Origin: a virus
Taxonomy: Duplodnaviria; Caudoviricetes
Length of the DNA stretch: 64,000 nucleotides
Strand: one strand, 5' to 3'
Virus record (IMG/VR): IMGVR_UViG_3300025769_000106
Coordinates: 190 to 64,189 of that record
How positions within the stretch are numbered: the first letter of the stretch is position 1; the number at the start of each line of letters is the position of its first letter. Shown here one piece after another: positions 47,926 to 56,814 of this stretch. The notes under the pieces were generated by a model, which saw nothing but the letters and a program-made list of their open reading frames with translations, was not told the origin of the DNA and searched no databases. Both the position numbers and the translations under genes were made by a program.

Positions 47926-48360
47926 TCAGTCTTGGTCTTCTTCTTTCTTTTGCGGAATTCCGAACTGTTGGATCGGGGGGGTGGATGCTTGTTGTTGCCA
48001 ATAAGTCCTTTTGTTGGCTCGACGCTGATGAAGTCGTTGTTGACCACGCATCCACTTGTCCACTTGGTTTTCCTTTGCGAATTCGGCTCGCATAGCAAGT
48101 GAATCTCGAACACCACCCACATGGAATAAAACCATGGCCGTACAAAGGAATCCAAAACAGATCAATCCGTATTGCAATCCCATTTCAGCAGGTCCAGCAT
48201 CTGGGAGATACCAACCCATGTGTGATACTGCGACAGATGTTCCCGTCAAAAGTGCTTGCCATAGAAGCATAGCGATCAAGTTCACATCAATACGATTTGA
48301 ATCGTCGCTCACATACGGAGCGGGATAATACTGTGGCGGTTCGTTATTTGGTTTATTCAT
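47926..48360 (-). CDS. Membrane protein (2 TM) with basic/Gln-rich C-terminus
   Basis: LIAMLLWQALLTGTSVAV and YGLICFGFLCTAMVLFHV; AGGAG RBS. Confidence 0.65.
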   Translation of the reverse strand: MNKPNNEPPQYYPAPYVSDDSNRIDVNLIAMLLWQALLTGTSVAVSHMGWYLPDAGPAEMGLQYGLICFGFLCTAMVLFHVGGVRDSLAMRAEFAKENQVDKWMRGQQRLHQRRANKRTYWQQQASTPPIQQFGIPQKKEEDQD

Positions 48361-48503
48361 TGTATCTCATCTCCTTTGCTCTTGTTTTGAAAGTAAAAAG
48401 CGAGAACATGATTCATGAAAGAGGACTTCGATTCTCGGCCTCTTTCGCTTTCCATTTTCTTGAAAAGATCTTCTCGCATGACTACGGACACGTGTCGCCC
48501 CAT
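48357..48503 (-). CDS. Ribbon-helix-helix (CopG/MetJ-like) transcription regulator, 48 aa
   Basis: Below the ORF-track cutoff: MGRHVSVVMREDLFKKMESERGRESKSSFMNHVLAFYFQNKSKGDEIQ. Beta-strand followed by two helices with an SKS turn; its stop overlaps the next ATG. Confidence 0.7.
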   Translation of the reverse strand: MGRHVSVVMREDLFKKMESERGRESKSSFMNHVLAFYFQNKSKGDEIQ

Positions 48504-48524
48504 AAGAACCTCTCATGGTTCACA

Positions 48525-48536
48525 CCTATATGAGCG
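48525..48536 (-). promoter_or_regulatory. Promoter motif CGCTCATATAGG upstream of the RHH-GTPase operon
   Basis: TATA-like core 22 nt before ATG 48503; near-identical to the motif at 27953..27964. Confidence 0.55.
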
Positions 48537-48584
48537 TTGAGATGTCCAACAACATGAAATAATTTGGCTGATGTGGCACTACAT

Positions 48585-49097
48585 ATGAGCAATGCGCCAA
48601 CGATCCTTGTTGCAGTTCAAACATTAAGATCATTCAATCAAGCCTTATCGGGTATGTCTTCCGATCAGGAATCTGTTGCAAATTGGATTCGACGCTATGC
48701 TGAGTCCGATTCTCGAAGCAGCACATTCCCCAAGGATGCGGCAATTGGTTTGCTTTCGCACTTGCAAAACCCCGTTTTTGCAAATGCAAACCTTACCTCC
48801 GAGCAACAGGCTTGGTCTGGATTGATGTCATCTGCTGAACAAATGCTCCAAGAAGAGAACAATTGGATCGGACAAAAATCTGCACAGCAAAACGCAACGA
48901 CATTTACTCGGATGTTTGGAAGTGATTTGACATGGATTCAACTCTTCGCTCAGGCAAACAGCGTACCAAGCCATTGGACAAACGAATACATGATCAATTA
49001 TTTGATCACAGAATTAAGATCCTGTCAAGGGTCATCTGGAGCGGGAGCAATACCTCACACGGCTTTGGCTCCGAATGTTTCTCAAAACATCCCTTAA
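48585..49097 (+). CDS. Hypothetical protein; the only convincing plus-strand gene (~170 aa)
   Basis: Fills the gap between minus-strand genes; its stop shares the TTAA at 49094-49097 with the convergent MTase. Confidence 0.6.
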   Translation: MSNAPTILVAVQTLRSFNQALSGMSSDQESVANWIRRYAESDSRSSTFPKDAAIGLLSHLQNPVFANANLTSEQQAWSGLMSSAEQMLQEENNWIGQKSAQQNATTFTRMFGSDLTWIQLFAQANSVPSHWTNEYMINYLITELRSCQGSSGAGAIPHTALAPNVSQNIP

Positions 49098-50263
49098 CCC
49101 ATTTGATCCCAAACGTTTTGGAAAATGTCTTGATCGATGTTAGCCATGCCCATTAACTCCGACTTTTTCCCTCGAACAGCACCTTTACCACCGCTGGTTT
49201 CCTTTCTTTGAAGTTCATGGATGTCAAAGCCCATTTGTTTCATTGGGTCAACGATGGCGGGTTCAAATGAATTGAATACAACAGTTGGAAAGGCATTGTC
49301 TTTCAATGCCTCAATCATAGCAAGAGTCTTTCTTTGATCATCCATTGTGAAGAAATTTAATGCCCCTTCTTCCCCCAAATATGGAGGGTCGAGAAGAAAC
49401 ATATCGTTGGCGGGGTCAATTCCAATATCCGATGACAACTGCACATCCAATGGTCGATTGAGGTATTCCCAGTCTTGCATGACCTCCGCCCAAGGATCCA
49501 ACTTCCATCGACCTTTACCGCCCAAAAGCGTTTGCGGTCTAAACGTGTTCCCCTTTCCAGGCTTCAAACGATTTGGCTGATCCCCCATCATGTCAAAATA
49601 GGCAGACTCAAAACCTTGATCGATTGGCTTGTTTCCTGTAAATCGTATCGAACTATTCCATTTGTTGAAGTACGAAGGGGTTGAGGGAGAGTACCTAAGC
49701 AAACCGTTCATCGCCATATGTTGAAGAACCAAAAACAATTGATCTTTTCTTTGCCTTTCACTTTGGGCAATAACCCCAATTGCTTCTTTTTCACGGAGTT
49801 CATTGAATTCCTGTCGCAATTCATAGAATTTTGGACCCATAAAGAAAGGCTTTCCTCCCATATCATCAACCATACTTTGTGGGATTTTACCAAGATCCAT
49901 CATTTCGCCCGTTTGTTGATTGGGCATCATAACTGAATCACCTGCTTGATACGTGAATTCTTCTGGGTCAAATTCCAAAGATTCAGGATCTCGAATTAAG
50001 CGTTGATGAAATGATGCCAGATCAGGATTGATGTCCATGAGAACAGATCGCTCTGGCCTCATACCCAAAGAAAGACCCGATGCTCCGCCAAACGGTTCAA
50101 TGACTCGACGATTAGGGAACATTTGTTTCAACGCACGACCAATCCGCTGATACTGCGGATTTGCTTTGTTGCCTTGAATTTTAATCGCAGGAGGCAACGA
50201 TCCGCCCGTTTGCAAAGCCCTCAATGCTTTTTTGTATTGAGGATGCTCTTTGCGAATGTCCAT
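49094..50263 (-). CDS. Dam-like (D12 class) N6-adenine DNA methyltransferase
   Basis: KIQGNK, IEPFGGASG (motif I), MDINPDL, LLDPPY (motif IV); ATG at 50263 follows GGAGGTG. Confidence 0.8.
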   Translation of the reverse strand: MDIRKEHPQYKKALRALQTGGSLPPAIKIQGNKANPQYQRIGRALKQMFPNRRVIEPFGGASGLSLGMRPERSVLMDINPDLASFHQRLIRDPESLEFDPEEFTYQAGDSVMMPNQQTGEMMDLGKIPQSMVDDMGGKPFFMGPKFYELRQEFNELREKEAIGVIAQSERQRKDQLFLVLQHMAMNGLLRYSPSTPSYFNKWNSSIRFTGNKPIDQGFESAYFDMMGDQPNRLKPGKGNTFRPQTLLGGKGRWKLDPWAEVMQDWEYLNRPLDVQLSSDIGIDPANDMFLLDPPYLGEEGALNFFTMDDQRKTLAMIEALKDNAFPTVVFNSFEPAIVDPMKQMGFDIHELQRKETSGGKGAVRGKKSELMGMANIDQDIFQNVWDQMG

Positions 50264-50265
50264 GA

Positions 50266-51312
50266 TCACACCTCCTTGCATTCGTCCCATGCTGCTTTGA
50301 AAATATCCATTGATCGTCGGATAATGTCGCCAGTAAGTGCCGTATCCCACAATTCCCGTCCAGCAGTTGTCAAATCATTTGGATCAAAATACAATCCGTG
50401 AGTCCCAGTTGCTATGCCTCGATCCAACGCAAAGACTGAAAAATCGTTCCCTGCGGTCAAAGAAAGAGGGACAGGGATTCCATCAAAGGTGTAGCCACTT
50501 CGAGGATCCGTGTATTCGACATAGCGTTGACCAGGGCGATTAGGCTGGAAGTCGCTCCACCCAATAGGAATCTGCAAAAGCGGATCAACTGATCCTGAAA
50601 CACCGCCTCTCCTTGCTTCTCGCCACGGCATTCCAAAGTCCTGTCTCAAAGGCAGACGTTGTGAAGGTTTCCACTTTTGTTTTGGAGGCAATGTTGGATC
50701 TTTGATGTCATATACGGTGTACCCAAATCGAGGAGCCTCCCATGAACCCATTGCCATCATTGCATCTCCTGCTTGATTCCTTCCAAGCCTCATCTCTTCA
50801 TGCATACCCAATATGTCCATTGGGGTTCTCTCACCAGAATACAGTTGTTGCAACTCATCGGGAGTCAAATCCCCTGCTGTCCACATATGTGCCGTTCGAT
50901 TGGCATTCCCACGTGCATCCGTGTTCTTTTGTTTTCTCCCAAGCCAAGCATCCATCTGCTTATTTTCATTGACACGGAAAAATGGATTCCTCAAAGGAAG
51001 TGCATTTGCGATTCCAATTGTTTCTTGACCGCCTCGAAGGATGCTCAATACGCCTGTGTTTGGCCTAATTTGACCCGTGTGAAGGTTCAAACCTGGTGCG
51101 ATGTGAGGTACATTGATGTCGATATTGCGGAATGCTTCGACATTGTGAGGGCGACCCCATGTAAAACCGCCTTCTTTCAAATCCCTTAATTCACGGTTTT
51201 TCTTGCTCTCCAAGGGATAGGCGATCACGCCATCAGTTGATACTGTTCCCAAATCAACTCGATCACGCTCGTTTTTCAAAACGAGATCAAAGGCTTGATT
51301 GAATGCTGTCAT
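50266..51312 (-). CDS. Hypothetical protein with the leader motif at both N- and C-terminus
   Basis: Starts MTAFNQAFDLVLK|N and ends MDIFKAAWDECKEV. Confidence 0.65.
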   Translation of the reverse strand: MTAFNQAFDLVLKNERDRVDLGTVSTDGVIAYPLESKKNRELRDLKEGGFTWGRPHNVEAFRNIDINVPHIAPGLNLHTGQIRPNTGVLSILRGGQETIGIANALPLRNPFFRVNENKQMDAWLGRKQKNTDARGNANRTAHMWTAGDLTPDELQQLYSGERTPMDILGMHEEMRLGRNQAGDAMMAMGSWEAPRFGYTVYDIKDPTLPPKQKWKPSQRLPLRQDFGMPWREARRGGVSGSVDPLLQIPIGWSDFQPNRPGQRYVEYTDPRSGYTFDGIPVPLSLTAGNDFSVFALDRGIATGTHGLYFDPNDLTTAGRELWDTALTGDIIRRSMDIFKAAWDECKEV

Positions 51313-51324
51313 TTTATCCCTCCC

Positions 51325-52311
51325 TCAATGTTTTACATAGTCAATGTTTTGAACATTGGGGCGATAACACGCATCGCATCTTGCATCCAAGCACGTCTTT
51401 GCAGGGTTTGCTTCATCTGTTGTTAAGCAAACCTCTTCTGGTCTTCGAGAAAGACTCTTATCGGAAACAACACCTGTTGTCAACAATTGAGGGAATTCTT
51501 CCATCATATCGAGGTCTTTTTGATCCATCAATGGAACTCCCCTTTGCTCATTGAGATCATTGTCAAGTGTTTGATCAATATGGGGGATTGATAGCCTCAA
51601 TGCCAAATTCGGTGGCAACGATCCTCTTGCCCCCATGACTCTGCGAACAGATCCCCATTCTCTTGTTGGAATCCAGTTGAATATGTCTGGATTTTTCTCT
51701 GCGATTGCAATCATGTAGGCCAAATGTTCGGGTGAATCAACATCTCCCGAATCATGCCATCGGAAATCTCCGAACGGTTGAGGAGCAACAGAAGGAATTT
51801 TGTGAGCGAGGGCAGATGCCCAAAGAGAAGGATCGCGTTTCAAAGCAGCATAGTTCCGAAGTAAATGTCTTTGAACATTGTTAGCCCCATATGTGAATCC
51901 TATATTCCCTTTTGGATGAGCATAACAATTGTAGCATACTGATCCTGGAACCTCTCGAAGCCGTCCACCTACTTTGCACATATGTGTCGGAAGAGAATAT
52001 GTTTGATTCAACATTTTACCTGGTGTCGAAAAGCCCCCTCCCATCGCTGCTCTTGCTTCTTGTTCTGCCGTCCATTTGCTTTCAGGCATGAATGGAGCAA
52101 TGTCTCGCGCTGTCATGTCAAGATCTGCATCGATTTTGCGGCTACGCAACTTTGCAAATTCCTTTATTCCTCTTGGATCCTTTGTGAGGTAATTGAAAGT
52201 GGTTCGGTTATTTTTGGGAAAGGGTTCATCGCTCAATAAATCATCAAAGGTAAAATCATCAGGATCAAGGGCTTTGATGAGTAAATTCCATGCTTGATTA
52301 AACAGATTCAT
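51325..52311 (-). CDS. Gp88-like Cys-rich protein with leader
   Basis: Leader MNLFNQAWNLLIK|A; YSLP...C...VCYNCYA, FRWHDSGDV, WIPTRE, PPNLALRLS and C-terminal CLDARCDAC match the phage Gp88 family. Confidence 0.65.
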   Translation of the reverse strand: MNLFNQAWNLLIKALDPDDFTFDDLLSDEPFPKNNRTTFNYLTKDPRGIKEFAKLRSRKIDADLDMTARDIAPFMPESKWTAEQEARAAMGGGFSTPGKMLNQTYSLPTHMCKVGGRLREVPGSVCYNCYAHPKGNIGFTYGANNVQRHLLRNYAALKRDPSLWASALAHKIPSVAPQPFGDFRWHDSGDVDSPEHLAYMIAIAEKNPDIFNWIPTREWGSVRRVMGARGSLPPNLALRLSIPHIDQTLDNDLNEQRGVPLMDQKDLDMMEEFPQLLTTGVVSDKSLSRRPEEVCLTTDEANPAKTCLDARCDACYRPNVQNIDYVKH

Positions 52312-52696
52312 CTCGATCCCCCCTCACTTTACGGTGGAGGTTCTGCAATGTTTGCGTTGGTAATTCACTTGTCTCGCTTTTCTTAGGGCGTTTTTGTTCG
52401 CCTTCTTTCTTTCGAGGAACGCCTCTTGCACGATCCAGCAGGTTTTGAATTGAAGGGGGGAGGGGTTCGTCTTTTGCTTTTGGAGGAGATCCCATTTTGA
52501 AACCTGTTATGGCGGGTTTATTGAAATCCTTTGTTGCTACACGCTTTGGTGCGCCTCCCTTGCCGCTCATAACCTCATCAACAGCGGCCTCAATGTCCCG
52601 TTCCATATCAGGATTGGGTTTGTGAGGATAACGGCCTTTCCAAGGATTATCACCTTTCATGATCAGCCACGCTTTTTGAAACGTAGCATCCGCCAT
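52298..52696 (-). CDS. Small basic protein with leader
   Basis: MADATFQKAWLIMK|G; 132 aa, Lys/Pro-rich. Confidence 0.6.
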   Translation of the reverse strand: MADATFQKAWLIMKGDNPWKGRYPHKPNPDMERDIEAAVDEVMSGKGGAPKRVATKDFNKPAITGFKMGSPPKAKDEPLPPSIQNLLDRARGVPRKKEGEQKRPKKSETSELPTQTLQNLHRKVRGDRDESV

Positions 52697-52735
52697 AAGG
52701 ATCGGTAAATGGCCTTTGGATTTGAATATGTTGAT

Positions 52736-54094
52736 TCAATAACGCTCCAAAAGTGTTCTTTGTCTTGCGGATGGGCCAAAGGCAGAAGATGCGATTGCCC
52801 CTCCCACAGCAGGGACGACTACATTTCCGACTCCTGTATCAAACACTTTTTGTTGTTTTCCTGTTGTGTAAGTCCTATGAGTCAAACCATCGATTGGACT
52901 TGTATTGTATTTTGGATCAAACGTTTGAACTGCAAGCCATTCTTCGTCAGTCAAAGGTCGATTAAACATGAGCGTGGGACGATTATGGGTTTGACCTGAT
53001 GTGTGTCGATTCGCAGGGTATGAATGAGAAAATGATCTCCTCTGCTTGTTTCGAGGCCCCCTTGCATCATCCCAAACAGATCCACCGCCCCTCATTCCCA
53101 AAGCGTTGATTTCTGGACCCGTGTTCCCTTTACCAGGTACTGTCGCTCCACTTAAGGAAATTTGAGGTCCATCGCCCAGTTCTCTTGCGCCAGTTGGCGT
53201 CAATCGACCATGTTCCACCAAAGCACGAATCCATTCGTCAGTCAATCCTTTGTTTTCCTCCCATTCTCTTTGCAGATGGGGTGCAAAATCCAAGATTGAT
53301 CTGCTTGGCAATCGTCCAGCAACTGGCTTCTTTCGACGCGTTCGATCATAATGAGTTGGGTTCTTTGTCCATCCTTCGCCAATGATCATACGGTTTCGCG
53401 TTGATGGTGCGCCATAGTCAATTGCGTTCATCCGTGGATTTTGCTTTGGCATACCAAATGTGCCATCTCCTCGAAGCATCGCAAACACCTTATTGCGGAA
53501 ATCCCGATCTAATCCATCAAGCAATTTAGGATACTTGAGCAGGATTGGAATTGCTTCTTTTGCTTGTTCCATGTGCCATGAATTAAGGTCAATATCGGGA
53601 TGCTTCTGCATTTCTTGAGCCGTGTAAAACGAATTAAAAATTGGAGGGATCCCCTCCAATGCCCTTGCTTCTCGTTCTGCTGCACTTAACCCTGCATTTC
53701 CAGCAGAAGTCAATTTTTGACAAGGCGGTGAAAAACCAATGTGTGCCTTTCGTCCAGCGAGAGCATCGGCGTACAATTCGATTTGATCATCAGGATGTGC
53801 CATCCCTTGATCGATACCAAGCAGGGCGGTCATTGTATTTTCTTCATATGGCCTTCGGACTGTATTGATTGCGTCCCATGCATCAACACCCATGGCAGTT
53901 GGAATTCCTGCTCTGCGGAATCCAGATGAGGTTCCGCCAATTCCTGCGTGTTCGTGAATTGCGGCAGCATCATCTCGCATCTCCTGTTGAGGGAACATGA
54001 TGCGATTCAATCGCGCCATCTCTTCAAGATCTTCGGGCGTCATGGCTTTCCACAACATATCCGAGAAAGCGAACTCGAATAAAGCCTCACTCAA
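52736..54094 (-). CDS. Divergent C5-cytosine DNA methyltransferase-like protein with leader
   Basis: HAGIGG (I), FSPPCQ (IV), MEQA (VI-like), DYGAPSTRNR (VIII), RPLT...QTF (IX), VGNVV (X). TTG start after GGAGG gives MSEALFEFAFSDMLWK|A. Confidence 0.7.
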   Translation of the reverse strand: MSEALFEFAFSDMLWKAMTPEDLEEMARLNRIMFPQQEMRDDAAAIHEHAGIGGTSSGFRRAGIPTAMGVDAWDAINTVRRPYEENTMTALLGIDQGMAHPDDQIELYADALAGRKAHIGFSPPCQKLTSAGNAGLSAAEREARALEGIPPIFNSFYTAQEMQKHPDIDLNSWHMEQAKEAIPILLKYPKLLDGLDRDFRNKVFAMLRGDGTFGMPKQNPRMNAIDYGAPSTRNRMIIGEGWTKNPTHYDRTRRKKPVAGRLPSRSILDFAPHLQREWEENKGLTDEWIRALVEHGRLTPTGARELGDGPQISLSGATVPGKGNTGPEINALGMRGGGSVWDDARGPRNKQRRSFSHSYPANRHTSGQTHNRPTLMFNRPLTDEEWLAVQTFDPKYNTSPIDGLTHRTYTTGKQQKVFDTGVGNVVVPAVGGAIASSAFGPSARQRTLLERY

Positions 54095-54554
54095 ATAACC
54101 GCCTCCATCTGTTGGCATACGCTTCTCCAATATCAGGATACCTATTGCCACTTAACCGATCATTTCGTTGTAGCATTTGAACAAAATCCCACCATTCCAT
54201 CTCAGTCATCGATTTGTTGCCCATTGCAAAAAGTTGGATGTTTTTAGGATCAAGGCGATTGCCCATCATGATATGTCCATATTCCTCCGTGCCAAAATCA
54301 TAACCGTGATCCCAGGGATCGAGGACTTGGGTGTTTTCATCTGTGCTAAATCCAAGCAACGCAGGTCCTTCGGATTCAGGATGGTTATCAACCATGCGAT
54401 CCCACGCATAGGAGATGGCATCCTCATCATGAGGTGATCCAAAAGAATGCGGCTCAAATCCTTCTTCGAGGATCTTTTTTGCATTGGCAGCAGTTGTTCC
54501 GTGCCAATACTCAGGGTATCGGAATGCTTTCCAAACGAGGTCGAAGGCGGTCAT
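54087..54554 (-). CDS. ADP-ribosyltransferase-fold protein with leader
   Basis: MTAFDLVWK|A then YWHGTTAANAKKILEEGF...AISYA (HGT motif). Confidence 0.6.
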   Translation of the reverse strand: MTAFDLVWKAFRYPEYWHGTTAANAKKILEEGFEPHSFGSPHDEDAISYAWDRMVDNHPESEGPALLGFSTDENTQVLDPWDHGYDFGTEEYGHIMMGNRLDPKNIQLFAMGNKSMTEMEWWDFVQMLQRNDRLSGNRYPDIGEAYANRWRRLFE

Positions 54555-55315
54555 ATCCAATCATCCTCCGAATACCCCGCTTCAATAGCGGCCTTTCGTT
54601 GCCAATCCTCTAAATCGTTCCATTCGCCAAGCATTTCAACCATGCTATCATCGTAGCCGAGCGTGTCTATGAAATCATCATAATCAGCCGTTCTAAACAC
54701 ATCTCCATCCATCTCATAACTTGGTGGTTTTGGGTTGAACCTCTCAAGTGATTCGTTGTTTCTGTAAGCGATCAATCGGCTCAAGGCATCTTGTGCGTGT
54801 TTCAAACGCTTTGGAGCCGAATACAAATCGCCTGTTGTTCCTCCCAATCCCCCTCTGTACCTTTCTTCTTCGATGTATTGTTGCAACAACTCAATGACTC
54901 GATCATGCGATAAACGATCACCCATGTTATCTTCATCGATAATACCAACATTGGGGCTAAAAGGATCTTCGGTCATAGGAGGAATGTCTGCCGAAGTGTA
55001 GTTGCCTTCTTCATCCCTATCCGAATAGTCGCTTGGGTCAATTATGCTAATGCTCGGTATTGTCCTTCGCATTGGAGGAATGGATTTGTCTTGTGTATCT
55101 CTTCGCCCCCTACTATCGGAATAAGGAACGGCTGAACCATACAAAGCATAATGCAAAGCAATATCAGAATCGGTTGAATAATAACGTGGGTCATCTCTAA
55201 AATCACCACCGCTGTATAACATCTCATCATCAGTTATCACTCTTACTCGGCCACGATCCGAATAAACATCAATAGGGGCTTTAATCAATCCCCAAGCGGT
55301 GTCGAAGGCGGTCAA
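54551..55315 (-). CDS. Possible ADP-ribosyltransferase-fold acidic protein with leader
   Basis: TTG start, MTAFDTAWGLIK|A; LYSGG...YYSTDSDIALHYA. Confidence 0.5.
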   Translation of the reverse strand: MTAFDTAWGLIKAPIDVYSDRGRVRVITDDEMLYSGGDFRDDPRYYSTDSDIALHYALYGSAVPYSDSRGRRDTQDKSIPPMRRTIPSISIIDPSDYSDRDEEGNYTSADIPPMTEDPFSPNVGIIDEDNMGDRLSHDRVIELLQQYIEEERYRGGLGGTTGDLYSAPKRLKHAQDALSRLIAYRNNESLERFNPKPPSYEMDGDVFRTADYDDFIDTLGYDDSMVEMLGEWNDLEDWQRKAAIEAGYSEDDWI

Positions 55316-56181
55316 TTCCACACCGCCTTGAATCGATTCTTGGTTTCGTTGATCTTGTTCTTGGCTGCAACCCTCAACGTAGGATTCTTGATCTTGTGTG
55401 CCAATTTCCGAGCCTTCTTGAGATCGGAATACTTCACGCCACAGTCAATGCCACTCTTTTCGCACCACTTGACGAGATCCTCAGTAGCAAGGTTTGCCCC
55501 TGATCCTTCAACGAAAGGACATCCGCCCAATCCTCCAATGCTTGAATCAAATTCTCGAACACCCTTTGCATAGCCTGTGGCAACGTTGTCCATCAAATAC
55601 TTGCCATGATGGAGGTGCAATGCCAGATCGAGGGTGAAATCGTTAGCGGTATCGATTCCTGATGCAATGTCAAAAGGTTGAGCAGTTCCTTTCGTATCAC
55701 AAAGAACGATGGTCTTTCCAAATCGAAGACCATGCTGAACAGCGATGGCGAGATCCTCATGACTTGCATCAAAGGCTTCGGAGAGGTACACTCGAACAGA
55801 TTCTTTTGGAATTCCCTGGAGACACTTCTCATAATTGTCGAGGATCCGTTTCATTTTTAATCCATAATTGGCGATATTAAACGATTCGACGGGTGAGAAG
55901 AAAATGTTGTACCGATCCATTCCGCTATCCTTGGCTCGGTCGAGTCCACGTTGGTTCGGAACGAGTACGGAGAATCCCTCCTTATCGTCAAAGGCATTGC
56001 AGATCTCTTCTGCATCAGCCATGTTTGGAACCGCTTTAGGATGGACAAAGGATGCGATTTCGATGTGATTGAGGCCAGCGTCCCTCAACAACTGGATGAG
56101 ATGGATTTTATCATCGGTGGACGGGACGAACGGCAGGTTTTGTAGTCCATCACGTGGCCCAACCTCAAAAATACGAATCAT
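55312..56181 (-). CDS. Hydroxymethylglutaryl-CoA lyase (DRE-TIM metallolyase)
   Basis: MIRIFEVGPRDGLQN, SFVHPKAVPNMAD, LVPNQRG, LCDTKG, LHLHH, FDSSIGGLGGCPF...GNL-like ANLATEDL; ATG overlaps the upstream TGA; no leader. Confidence 0.88.
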   Translation of the reverse strand: MIRIFEVGPRDGLQNLPFVPSTDDKIHLIQLLRDAGLNHIEIASFVHPKAVPNMADAEEICNAFDDKEGFSVLVPNQRGLDRAKDSGMDRYNIFFSPVESFNIANYGLKMKRILDNYEKCLQGIPKESVRVYLSEAFDASHEDLAIAVQHGLRFGKTIVLCDTKGTAQPFDIASGIDTANDFTLDLALHLHHGKYLMDNVATGYAKGVREFDSSIGGLGGCPFVEGSGANLATEDLVKWCEKSGIDCGVKYSDLKKARKLAHKIKNPTLRVAAKNKINETKNRFKAVWN

Positions 56182-56345
56182 TCCTTTGGCCTCCTGTAAA
56201 TGCGGTTGCCAACTGCGAAATAATACCAAAGGTTCTGTCCTTTGTTCATGTTAGCAGCATAGAATGTTGCTTGCCCGTTGGTATCTCTTGCATCAACATA
56301 TTCTCTGCCTTTGAGCAAATCCCAAGCGGTTTCAAAGGCGGTCAT
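56178..56345 (-). CDS. 55-aa protein with leader
   Basis: MTAFETAWDLLK|GREYVDARDTNGQATFYAANMNKGQNLWYYFAVGNRIYRRPKE; GAGGTGG RBS. Confidence 0.6.
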   Translation of the reverse strand: MTAFETAWDLLKGREYVDARDTNGQATFYAANMNKGQNLWYYFAVGNRIYRRPKE

Positions 56346-56814
56346 TTTTCCACCTCTCAAGTGCTTCATTTGCTAATGGAGTCATAGCGGCTCGCCATCT
56401 ATTCCTTGTTGGTTGTTTAGGCAAAGGTAAATCGTCGGCATCCATAGCGGCATAATACTTGTCCTTCATTTCCTTTTCCCAATCCGCATAGGGTCGCCCC
56501 CTCCATATTTCTTGCGAATGTTTGGCGGGAACATCAAACGGATAATACCCATAACTCGAATACTCGTCATAATCACCCACGCCTTCTATGGTTCGTGGTA
56601 AATAATGGACTAAGGGGGCTTCATCGGGTTTTGCCGCACCGAGAGCATAAGCGAGAGCCGTAGCCATAGAATCGCTCGCCCAAACCCCTTTGCGATCTTT
56701 TTCAACCTGCCTTGCAGGTATCACGCCTTCTTGCATGGCTTGATCGTAATACTTGTCCTGTGTTCCTCGTAATGGTGCTTTCACCAAAGCCCAAGCGGTG
56801 TCGAAGGCGGTCAT
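56332..56814 (-). CDS. Possible ADP-ribosyltransferase-fold protein with leader
   Basis: MTAFDTAWALVK|A; LRGT...QEG...GVWASDSMATALAYA. Confidence 0.5.
   Translation of the reverse strand: MTAFDTAWALVKAPLRGTQDKYYDQAMQEGVIPARQVEKDRKGVWASDSMATALAYALGAAKPDEAPLVHYLPRTIEGVGDYDEYSSYGYYPFDVPAKHSQEIWRGRPYADWEKEMKDKYYAAMDADDLPLPKQPTRNRWRAAMTPLANEALERWKNDRL

Larger units (their letters stand above)
55291..56813 (-). repeat. Dispersed direct repeat encoding the leader: exact 24-nt copies at 55291..55314 and 56790..56813, with a 2-mismatch copy at 56321..56344
   Basis: Plus strand CCCAAGCGGTGTCGAAGGCGGTCA; a partial copy GTCGAAGGCGGTCAT lies at 54540..54554. Confidence 0.85.

Noticed and set aside
50264-50350. 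ORF-track N-terminal extensions (50350, 54151, 54560, 55321, 56229, 56369, 36630, 21853)
   Set aside because: They overlap upstream genes. Downstream starts have RBS or stop-start coupling and, for several, expose the shared leader.
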